Positions 36,576 through 48,080 of a DNA stretch of 64,000 nt are shown here, piece after piece (positions within the stretch are counted from its first letter, which is position 1; each line of letters starts with the position of its first letter). Below the pieces are notes generated by a model. That model did not search any database, was not told where the DNA came from, and saw only the letters and a list, made by a program, of their open reading frames with translations. Position numbers and translations under genes: made by a program. The DNA is from Podarcis gaigeae (taxonomy: Eukaryota): NCBI GenBank assembly GCA_964106915.2, contig OZ066914.1, one strand, 5' to 3'.

Positions 36576-38576
36576 ACTTGAAATAATGATTTTTCGAAGG
36601 TCATCAATTGAACTTCATTGCTAAGCAGAATCTGAACTACAATCTCTCCACCCTTTCCCAAATCCTAACCACTTCACTATATTGGCATCATCAAGTATTA
36701 CATAGCAGTAACTGAAGCAGAATATAATTATGTTTCCAAACAGTTGTAAATCTAAAACCGTCCAACACAGAGAAAGAGCAGAGCAAGTGTTTCTGAAGGT
36801 CTACAATTAACCCACACTGCCCCAAATTGGCCCAAACCTGTCCAGCATGAACACTGTTTATTTAGTCCCTCTATTTAATTTCTAGATGGCCCAATTACTT
36901 GAGCTTAGGAAGTTGGGTAATTCTTTTAAATCATAACACTCCAAAATCAGAGTTGATTAAAATATGCATTAAGTCACCAGGATCATAAAGGCCCTGGACA
37001 ACAATGACTGAATTAGATGCCTGGATGAAAACCCCATTTTAGGAAACCCAGTTGTTGCTGAATCCAGAAGGGTTGGGTGGGTAAAGGTGACTTAATTGCT
37101 TCCTTCTGCTTGCAGCTTTCTGACTAGCCTGCATCATGCATATTTGTAGTGGTTAATCCAGATTTCTAGACCTGTGTCAGCCATTGAACCCTTCTTCAGC
37201 AACAGCAAAGCCAGATTCAACATCTTCTAACATTTCTAGAAAATACTTAGGCCTATGCTTCGTTGATTTGCCAAGGAAAAGGTATTCCAGGATTGTTAGA
37301 GCACTACAAGAATGTCCCTTGGGATCCTTGGGATCCAGACGTTGTGCAGGGATGGAATAATCAAAGGCTATCTTTTGAGATTGATTTGCAAGGTCACCAT
37401 GCACAGAGGGGAGAGGAAGTACCTTCTCAGGTGTTCAAATAGCACAAAGTGATATTTAAAAGAATGACACCCTGCCTTCTTACCCACAACTGTGAAGTTT
37501 GCACAATATCTTTGTTGAATGTAATGCACGTGAGGCAAATAGAGGAGCAAATCTTTTGCCGAAAGTTCAGCTTGAAGCAAACAACTGTGGTTATCAGAAA
37601 GCAACGTTTTGGAAGGGTCTTCTTGCAGACAAGCAAATACGCACAAGATGTAACATGAATGTAAAGCACACATGGCTGAACAAGAGGAGACATGCATTCC
37701 TTACTGAAATGATGGACTCTGCCTGATGGAGATCACAGCAGGCCTTGATTAATAGCTTTGACTTCTCAGTTGTCTGGGTCTTTTTTTAAAAAAAGAAAAA
37801 AGCAACCTAGCACAGGCATTAGGTGATCATTGATTCCTTCCCAAGTGGATGGTGGTAATAATCAACATCAGCACATCTGCCAACATTTATTTAAATTCAT
37901 CCAGAATGAATGAGCATGGAAACTGAATCACCTTGACCTCTCCTACTAGATCCCATTAAGATACAGCTGCCTGAGAGTTAAGTTATTGGTATACCAAAGT
38001 GGTGCAGTCCTGAAATGATGAGACCCGGTGCTTTACACCAACGTGCATTCCACTGAAACTCTGCACACTTACCAAGGAGTATGTGTTCAATGGGCCTTAT
38101 GTCTGAGTAGGCATGCATAGGATAGGGTTATAAATGGGGTTAAAAACAGCCCCATATAATCCAAAACCCACGTGTCAAATGTATCATGAGCATGAGGCTT
38201 AGAAGGTCAAGTCATATGAAGAAAGGCTGTAGGAACCAGGTATATTAGAGAAAAGAATACTAAATGTTATGGGGACAGAAGATGGTCCTTTTCTCTTTAG
38301 AAAGCTTGGTGATAGCAATTCCAGGCTTCCTCTGCGCCTTATCCTTCCAGCTGCTACAGCCCCATCCTCCACACCAACTCGCAGTGGGGTCCTGAACCCA
38401 GAAGCTACATGGTGGCCAGAGGATTATGCAGTAATGACACAATCTTGTCCAGTGCTTCTGCATACTCAAGGGTATGCAAAACCAGCACCTTTTTATAGAA
38501 TAAAAGCACTGGTTAAAAGTGTGGCACATAGTATTATAACTTCATGGTGAGTAGTGGCACTGGTCCTACCTCTGTG

Positions 38577-38580
<4 letters not shown>

Positions 38581-38619
<39 letters not shown>
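38581..38619. repeat. (TG)n microsatellite
   Basis: Directly visible. Confidence 0.97.
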
Positions 38620-38622
<3 letters not shown>

Positions 38623-38788
38623 TGTACCCACCCAACATAGAATGCATATTGTTTTAGTTTTCCCCAGTAGCATAGTGGCAGATTCAGAAGTTGAGGGTTC
38701 ATTATATTCACAGTCTTGTCCCCTTGGAGTGATGCTCCCTTCTAAGATTAAACAACCTTCTAAGATTATACAATAATTATTTTTTATA

Positions 38789-38857
38789 GAAGAAGCAGAA
38801 GAAGAAGAAGAAGAAGAAGAAGAAGAAGAAGAAGAAGAAGAAGAAGAAGAAGAAGAA
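38789..38857. repeat. (GAA)n microsatellite followed by a G-run
   Basis: About 23 units with one interruption. Confidence 0.97.
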
Positions 38858-40627
38858 AGGGGGGGGGTTGTTGCCATGATCAATGCAGATCTCCATGTGT
38901 TGCTTTTCAGCTATTTTTATGTTCACATACATGGGCAAATCACTTAGAGTGCTCAAATATCTTATTTTGGAGTGTGCTTTTCTCCAAGTTCTGTTGCATG
39001 TTAACAGAACTTGCACACCAGTCTCTTGAAACCTTGTGTTTTCAGCATTCCTGAATGCTTAGCTTTGGAGCATACAAAACAACTCCTTGGTGTGTTTTTT
39101 CCCTACACTCCTTTTCCAGAGTTACCCTAGGAGCCAATCTTCGGTAGTGACTCGTCTCCTCTCTGATTGGCTCTAACCAGCACAAAGCCTGAGAAGACTT
39201 TATCTCAGTGTTGAAAAAGCTCCCTGTGCATGCTGATTGGACAGCTCTAAGAGACCCGAGACAGGGATCTACAATAGGAATAGTAAAGGGTCTTTGGTCT
39301 GCTGTGACCCTGCACCTCTCGTTTTCCCACTCTCAAACCACCACCTCTATGATCAGCAAGTTCTTGTGCATCTTCAAGGGCAGAGCAAACTTCAGTGATA
39401 AGGAAGGCATATTGATAGTGACTGTGTCCTCCCACACGCTCAAGCAACTCTGCTCTAAGAGCTGTAGCAGCTAGTAACCATTAAGAACTTGCCGCCCCAA
39501 AGTTATGTGGAGGACAACTTTTACTACAGCCATACGCCAAGGCCAGCACTGGGTCGTTTGCTACCCTGACAAAGTATTGTACTTTCTGGTTGAACAAATT
39601 GCTGCCAAGGACACAGACGAGGCTAGCTGGAAAACAGCACTGTTGGTGTCAAAGCTCTTCTCCTTTCATTTTACATTTGCCTCCTTTCATCGGGGTTTAG
39701 CATGTATGCACTTGACTGGGGATTAACAGGATTGTTCAAGTGAGCTAGGATGGAAAACTAAAGGGGGTGGGAGAGCAGGAAACAGCCTGAAGACAACTTA
39801 AGATGTGAATTTTCTTGGCTCAAGCTTTGAAGATAAAACAGTGCCCCAGGGACTAGTGCAAAAAATAATAATAATAAAAAAGCTTTCGATTAGGCATCAG
39901 CCATAAACTGACCAGCGTCCAATCAGATTTGTTCTACTCTGTTTCATCGGAACTGCAATATGCTAATGTCTTTGTGATTTTTAAAGTCGCACGGCTTCAT
40001 CTTCATATTTCTCTACTGGCGAACAAATGCATCTTTTCCCCCAGTCATTTGCAGTGACACGATCAAGGCTAACTCAAATCTAGCTTCCTGTGCATTTTGT
40101 TGACATTGTGGTTTTGCCAACATACTGGAAAAAGACCTGAGACACATAGGTTATATTTATTAAAATATAACAAACCAGTGGATTGACACAACCAACCAAA
40201 TTAAACCAAATGATCAAATCCAATATTTCTGGGCAGGTGAAAGTGGATTCTATCCCACCACCCATATGCTGGGCACATGTACAGCCGCACACTGTAAGAA
40301 AGCAGCAGGGATTGGAAAGAAGAATCCTCCCTCCCCGCTGTGTGAAACTTGGGCGTCTGAACCTGACAAGCACATTGTGGCCCAGTTGGCCAACGTTCAC
40401 CCAAGTGAGCCTGCCAAACTCAAGCCCATAATTGTGAATTCCTTAAATCCTCTCACCTGCCTGGACTGAATACCAGTTGGGCCATAGTAAAGAACAAAAC
40501 TCCAAGCACACAGAGAGCACCCAACAGTATGGAGTAGAAGCCAGTAGTCTTCACCCTTTTCACACCCAGGAACTACTTTTAACTGGAACATGCATTTGGG
40601 GACCCATTTCTCAATCTTCTACCATAT

Positions 40628-41082
40628 TGTCAGGGAACTGCCATTAGCTCAGAGGTGAGAGGTGGAAGGGCAGCTGGATTACAGAGAGCCTCCAAAAATC
40701 GTGGGAAGCAGCACTTCCTCAGCGGAGGAAGGAAGCCACGTCTCTAGTGGGGAAGAGCTGCAGGGCTTGGAGGATGCAAGGCGGTGCCAGGACACCTTGC
40801 CTGAGCAAAGCGGGAAGGAGGGAGGTCCCCCTTTACCCAAGCCTTCCCTGCACAGTAGGCTTTCGTGCAGAGAGGGGAGGCGCAGACTGGGGGTCAAGAA
40901 ACTACTCTGCTGGGGAAAGTTTAAGGACCACCCACTCTCAGATTCTGCTAGTGACTGAGCAAGACATGGAATAGAGGCATTCTGCAGTGTAAGTGTTTTT
41001 GCACCAATAATAAAGCCTTTGAAAAGACCAGTGAGGGATCTTGCCTGATCGCTCTCGGGCAACCGCACCGATAGGCATAACA
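40628..41082 (+). mobile_element. Solo LTR (Gypsy-like), 455 bp
   Basis: TGTCA...TAACA termini, exact 5-bp TSD CATAT (40623-40627, 41083-41087), AATAAA near 41009. Confidence 0.88.
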
Positions 41083-44069
41083 CATATATTTGCATGGCAG
41101 CAGTGCTCCTGTTGTGACTCACCTTGGATCAGGCCATGACCCACTAGTGGGTTCCAAATCACCAGTTGAAGATCAGTGTAGGTGAAAAAGAGGAGCCCCA
41201 AGAGCCAATTAGGGGCTTCCTCCCAAATTCCAATTCACCACCCCCTTAAAAAGGGCAACTAGCAAAGCCCACACTGCAAAGGGCAGGAGGGAGGGTGCTG
41301 AATGAAAAAGAGGGAAGACTTCAAAAAAGCCCGGTTTCTTCCTGTTCTCTACTGGGGAACAAGTCCCGCATGGTAACCTACAATCCTCCCCCCAATTGAA
41401 CAAACTCTCCTTTTCTTTTGGAAGATGAGGATGTGGCAAATAAAGGGGGGAGGCAAACTCTACCAATTTTTCAACCTCTCCATATTCATTGGCTGCTGCT
41501 TCTCCTTTTTAAAGTTAAACATCTCTATGGATATAAACTTCATCTATATTTCCAATGATTCATTCATTTCATATTGCATGCACACATGCACACACATGCT
41601 CCTATAAGGTTAGGCGCGTGAAGAAATTCTATTTGAAAGCCTCCCTTTCTCATGCCAGCATTGCTGGCATAAACATAAGGATGCAGACCAAACAGTCACC
41701 TAAAATAGTATCTTAGCCCTCTTCAAGCCTTCAAAAGAATGTGTGAGGGTATAACCTGGGGAGGCACATGGATGTGACCCCACCCCCCTGCGTCTCTGCA
41801 GCTGTCTTGTGTTCCCACTACTTTGGAACTTTGAAGAAAAGTTAGACTTTGATGAAAAGTCTGGAAGGGAGCTTTCAAGCCCATTTGACTGAAGTTAGTT
41901 GCCAGCTATATCATAGCTGAGGACCATATTAAGGCAGGCTGCCAAATCATAGGGAAGCTTAATTGTTTAAACTAATCATGTTAATAGTTCTTGTAAACCA
42001 CAGGGAGGTTTTACTATAATCACGTGGTATATAAATTTTGTTAAATAAAAAATGAAATTTAAAATATGCATAATTTACATTAACATCACCCCAACAGGCA
42101 GTGCGATGAAGAATGTCATTTTTGGCAGAAGTTGAACTGCAGCAGAATGGAGACAGTGCTGTTTATGATGAATACAATGGAAAGCGATGCCTCCTTACAA
42201 GCCCTTTTCAGATCTTCCTTCTCATCTTGCACATGCCCCAGAAAAGCTTTCGTGTGCTTTTTTAAAATGTTGGAATGTGGCTTTTATAAGTTTTTCATGC
42301 TTACGTATATGGCTTTAAAGAATCCATAGTGTGAAGATTTTTATAAAACATGTTTCTAGTAGGGTGGCTTCTAGTAGGGTGAGAGGAAATCTTCAAAAGC
42401 AACATATTTTGCTTTTCAAAATATGGGTGATTATTTTATTTTATTTTATTGGCAAGAGTCCATCTCTGCCCTTTTTGAAGTGGGAAAAAAGCATGATGTG
42501 GCTTCACAGAGGATCAGGGAGACTTGGGTTTGAGGCATTTAGGCTGCAGTCCCAAATATACTTACTAGAGAGTAGGCTCCATTGCAGACAGTGGGAGACA
42601 CAGCCAACCAAACATGCATAGGATTATACCATCTGACGGAACTATTTATTCAGGAATGGGCGTAGGGCTGTCAGGGCTAGACATTACTTTACCTGTGTTC
42701 TGACCACAGCTTTGTGATGCCTCTGCACCACACGACATGTTGTCATCACATAGTGTGCAGTCCTGTTGCCATTTCAGAACACCCACAGCATGAATAAAGG
42801 CCATTTAATAAGTTTCAAGTTATTAAATGGTATTACTTCTTGCTGAATAATTGGGTAGAACTTGGCCTGCACATATTTCCTTGCAGAAGTCATTTGTTCA
42901 GCAAACACTTGCAGTCTTTGCAGAATGATTTTCTTGGGGCTCCGGGGTTGCATTTGGTGTTAGTCCTACTCAGAGTAGACCCACTGAAATTATTGGCCAT
43001 GATTGATTAATATACCCTCTTCTGTATTTCTGCCATCCACTTCCATCACTTTCTGCTACCTTCATTTCCCCGCTTTTTCTACCCACATGAAATCTCGCCA
43101 AGGGATGCTTGTTGCCCACCCTCTTTTAATCCAAGCCTGGTAAAAAATTTCCAATTCTCTTCCACCTGATCAACCTCTTAGCTCCCTCTTTGCCATCTAC
43201 CTCTCCAACTCCATATTTCAGGGCTGACGAGGCATTCTTCCACCCCCATAAAAATGACAATGTTATCAGACAATATTTTTTATTATTATTTATGTGCCCC
43301 ACCCTGCCCTTTCAAGCTGCAATTGGCTGCAAGTTTGAGAAGTATATGTATTTCAACTTCTGCTGAAACATTTCAAAGAGGAAAGTGTGTGTGGTTTTTT
43401 TGGGGAAGGGAGAGGTGCTGCATTACCCTGGGAATTTGTGGCATTGTTCTCTCACACATGCAGAAAAGGAAAACTGCGCACCTTAAATATCACAATTGTT
43501 TTACAAAGCTAGAAGAGATAATATTCAGGGTAGAAATTTATAGATACATGAAACAGTGGTGTCCCCCCCCCATTTTGAACCAAATTTTGTGTGTTCAGAC
43601 AAATCAAGACAAATAATACAAATACTTCTGAAACTGCCTCTAAAAGAGGTGACAATGAACACTTTGATGGCTTTTTGCTGTCAGACGCTCCAGTTTCATT
43701 CTCTTTTGTTTAAAGCGCATACCAACAATGGCTTCTAGCATGATAGTTTTTCTTTGTCCCCTCAGTGTCTGCTTAGCTGTAGTGTTCTGTGGTGTGAACT
43801 GTAGTTTAATGTCTTGCTGACTCTGAGGTGAAAGAGCAGATGGTGTCATAACCTAAACAAATATGCTGATGTCCAAGGTCATTCTCAATGGGCCAACATA
43901 TTTTGTTTTACTTTACTTATTAGCAATATTTGTGTGCTACCCCTTAACATAAAGTTCTCCAAACGGCTTGCAAAAAGGAAGGGTAAAAACCATTTCAATA
44001 CAAATACATGAATTCAAAATCAATATGAAAATGCAATAGGCAAACCAGATTCACTGCAAGCTAGGTTTT

Positions 44070-44360
44070 CCATTATGCACTGTATTAAATGCACGCAGTG
44101 CTGTTTCCATTCCACTGCGTTCGGCTTCCGCCAAAAACTGCTTTATTGGTCTTGCTATCTGCCTGGTGAAATTGTGTAATGGTAATTTGTTTAATTAATG
44201 ACATTAATTAGGTACATTGCATTGCCATTGCATGATTTCACTCCATTCATTTCAATGTAAAGGAAAGACAATGCGAATCAGGGAGACAAAAAGCATTGTT
44301 TGCAGACAAAAAGCAACAATAACACTAAATGCTGATTGTATTCACTAACTTGATTTCCAT
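44070..44360. promoter_or_regulatory. Candidate developmental enhancer / conserved non-coding element
   Basis: Dense homeodomain cores (GTAATGGTAATTTGTTTAATTAATGACATTAATTAG), TTTATTGG, several SOX motifs (ACAAT/ATTGT), retained CpGs, no recognisable repeat. Confidence 0.5.
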
Positions 44361-46229
44361 TCCAGAAGTGGGACAAATAAGCAAGCATTAGCTATTTCCA
44401 CTCTTGTTTCTCCTTTTGTCGGAATTCTCTGACATCCGTACCTCAACCCCAAAGCCAGGATTTCAGAATTCTTTTCCCAGAAAAAAGAAGCTGCTCAGCA
44501 GAATTTTCTCTGAATATTTCTTGTGGTAGCTGCCACCCTGAATTCCCTTTAATGCCCAGTTAAGAAACAATTTTTTTAAAAAAAAATATGCACATCTTAG
44601 GGGAAAAAGCAATAAACTACCGGGTATGCCTTTGCTAATGGTGAGTCCCAAGTCACAGAAATCCCCGTGGAGAAATGTGGTGAAATGGACCAGCCATAAA
44701 TAGGATGGATAATTCCAAGAGGGCACCAGGGCACAGTCCTAAACGAAATAATCCAATTTAAAAAACTAAAAACTAAATTTCCAGAAACTGTCTGAAGACT
44801 ATAATCAAAACTGCAAATGTCTTACCAAATTTGAAAGATTTGAAATTTGACTCTATTAAGCCCGACAGATGAAAAGTTCACCACCAACAATTCATTCCAG
44901 CTGTACCCCATTTTGAAATTCAGATTGAAATATAATTAAAAAATGAAAACGAAACACTGGTGGCGGAACGTCGTGAATTTCTCACACTTTGCCAAAGATC
45001 CCTGTTATGCTGTAGCTCTTTATTTATGCCTGTTTTGCAGACAGCAGAGAGTGTTCTTGCCATGCATTACCCTCATTATGCTCCTTCCTGGAAACCTAAG
45101 ACCTTCTGCATCCTTCTTCCAAAGCATTTTAATATGCAGCAGAACAAAAAGATGACACTGTCACTGATGCCATAATTGCAAATAGCTCATGTAAAATATA
45201 TATGCATATTATATATACATGCATATAAAAGAAAAGGTGGGAAGGGAAAGGAAAGGTGAAAGGAATACGTGGCCTGTTAAGTGCTAATATATCTCCCCAA
45301 TATATTTGTGTGCTGAATCTGAATGCCTTTTCATCAGTGGCATTCAGGACGCATTTAGGACGTACCAGACACACCAGGAAGAACCAGAGGGTGGGAATTG
45401 GCTCTCTGTGTCTGCAGACCATGGTCCCTGACCCAGACCTCATGACCTCTCTATGTGAAGCATTATACATACTGCCTGGTGCAGTCAGTACAAGCCTGTT
45501 ATTCAGCTTCTGCTGGTGTTCCTATGCAGTTTCGAGAAGCATTCCAATGGCAATACAAAAGGGGGAAAATTATTCACAAACCCACCCTCTTTTGATTATA
45601 TGATTCACCAGCTCTTTAGAGTCAGCTGGTGGCAGATGGGCAAGTGTGAAAATTTCTATTTGTGATCTCACACTATATAATGAGCTGCACAAGCCACCAC
45701 TGGAATTGCAACTTTTTAAAGAGAGAGGAAGAAAGAGAGAAAGAAAGAAAGAGAGAGAGAGAGATCACTTTTAGTATTGGGTTACTCGCCCATAGGTTTA
45801 CTTACTTTAAGGCTTAAGAGGAATGGCAACTGAAGTGGGTGTCTTTGCTGAGGTTTTCCAGAAGCAGTTGAGCTGGCACAGAAGCACATCGGGCAGTCTA
45901 GCTTCCTCCTACTTGGACAAGAGCTATAATTCTGTTCAGCTACTATTTTTTTGGAAGTGCAGAATGCAAGGTCCACCATGCTACTAATGGAATTGAAAAA
46001 AACAAGAAAGAAAGGAAGAAAGAAAGAAAGAAAGAGAATTTGAATCAAAATTGTAGGAACAAAACCACCAAACAAATGGCAGTCAAAACATTCTATTTTG
46101 CCATTTCTTAGCGAAACACAAAAGTTTTGCTAAGAAATTCAAGTTCTGAAAATTTGAAGTTGTCTTTATTTGTTGTGTTCCACCTTCTCAACTCGCTTTG
46201 AGATTTTTTCTTTCGTATGATAAATGTTA

Positions 46230-46423
46230 AACCAGGCAGAGGGCCTTCTCGGCAGTGGCACCTGCCCTGTGGAACGCCCTCCCATCAGATGTCAAGAAAG
46301 TTAACAACCATCTGACTTTTAGAAGACATCTGAAGGCAGCCCTGTTCAGAGAAATTTTTAATGTTTGGTGCTTTATCGTGTTTTTAATATTCTGTTGGGA
46401 GCTGCCCAGAGTGGTGGTGGTGG

Positions 46424-46460
<37 letters not shown>

Positions 46461-46481
46461 GAAGAAGAAGAAGAAGAAGAA
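46230..46481 (+). mobile_element. L2 3' end with (TAT)n(GAA)n tail
   Basis: Encodes RAFSAVAPALWNALPSDVKKVNNHLTFRRHLKAALFRE; homologous to 10981-11300. Confidence 0.88.
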
Positions 46482-46574
46482 TCACAGTATACAATGGAGA
46501 ATTGGACAAGAAGCTCTTGGGGCAAGAAAATCAATAAAGGATTGGATAGAATCACAGGAGTCATCTTGGAGGGA

Positions 46575-46765
46575 AGAGTCCTAACTCAGTGATGGAGCAT
46601 ATAATTTGCCTACACAAGGACCCAGGTTTCACCCCTGGCATCTCCAGGTGGGACATGGGAAAACTTCTGCCTGAAACCCTGGAGAGTCACTGCCAGTCAG
46701 TGCAGTAGGCAGCGCTGAGCCCCACAAACCAATGGTCTGATAAGGCAGCTTTCTGCATTCCTATA
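46575..46765 (+). mobile_element. tRNA-derived SINE
   Basis: TAACTCAGTGATGGAGCA head, CCCTGGCATCTCCAGGT..CTGCCTGAAACCCTGGAGAG..CTGCCAGTCAGTG body, AAGGCAGCTTTC tail. Confidence 0.8.
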
Positions 46766-47439
46766 ACATGTTTAGAGAGCTGCCATGTTCACTAGGCAAA
46801 GGCAACCCTTGATCAGGATTCCAATTTGCCATGACAACAACAGACATAACAGCATGAGAGCCGGGTTCAGAAATCTTACCACAGGTCATTACAGTAGAAT
46901 CAAAGACAGAAAAAATGTGAATCAGTTGCAGTTCTCCTTTCGCTATTTGCATAAAGCGTACTATGAACTGGCTCTTAGTTTTTGATCTTTCTCCAAGATG
47001 TGGTGTATCTCACATCTCACTCCACAGGGGTGTATTCAGGAGAAATGCTGAGCAGGCAAAAGGCGTGGGTAAAAGTCACCTTGCAGTGTGGAAAATAAAT
47101 GTGACAATTGGGCCTTGGTCCAGACTTTCTTCTTAAATCCTTGGCAGCATTTTAACGTATGGATGGGGTGGCAATGGAAAAAGTCTGTGTGTTTGTCTCC
47201 AGGTGCACAGAAATAAATTTACTGGTGTGTTTTCAAATATCTTCTTTGTGTGCGCATGCACTGCTCAACAACCAATGTACGTCTTTGGCCTCCAAGTCTG
47301 TTGCAAAAGATGGGGAGGCAACCAGCTGGAGGGCTGGCCTTGTGGGAGGCAATGGAGGTTTCTGCATCTGAATTGGCCTTAGGACATCCTTAATTCTAAT
47401 GCTATGGGCAGGGCCTACCGACAGGCTGTTGTTTTTAAT

Positions 47440-48080
47440 CTTTGTAGTACACCTAGATTGTTGAAAGCCAATAAAATGAAGGCTTCAGTCAGCGATGAAA
47501 CAGATGCAAATAACAGCCCACGTCGAGCCTGGCATATTATTGCAGAAATAAGTAAATTACAGGAATGAACTGCCCTGATTTGGCTAACCCTTTTCTCTAT
47601 CCCTCATTCACCTCACGTGTACACTTCGCTGAATTATATGGGGAAATTCTTTTCTCCCATCCTAGAGATTCATCCCTAAGCCTCTCAGTGCACAAGCGGT
47701 TCAGTCAGAGTCAAACAATTCTGGTGAATAGCAGCAGAATGCATGATCTGCAAAGTCTTTCAGTTCAAAAATGGGTTAACAGGGGATCTGACAGAAAAGG
47801 ACCTCAGGGTGCAACTAGGGAGGTAATTAACTGGAAGGCCTCTAATACAGACAAGTCTTATATGATGATGTATTGTTTTATAGGTCAACATTGCCATTTA
47901 ATATCTGATGTGAGATTTAATTGGCAAACCACCATAAGGCCCAGAATGAGGAGTAATATGCTAAAGCAATTTTGCGCTAGTGTAGCCAGCAGTCTGAAAG
48001 TGTGCAGCCTTCTATATTCACAGCAATTTGTTCCAGGTCCAGCCTCTGAAGGCACACGCAAAAAAAATAACAAAGGGGGT
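47440..48080. promoter_or_regulatory. Candidate enhancer block
   Basis: Overlapping E-box and octamer CAGATGCAAAT (~47501), CAATAAAA, CACGTG, TAATTAA, TTTAATTGG in unique sequence. Confidence 0.35.
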
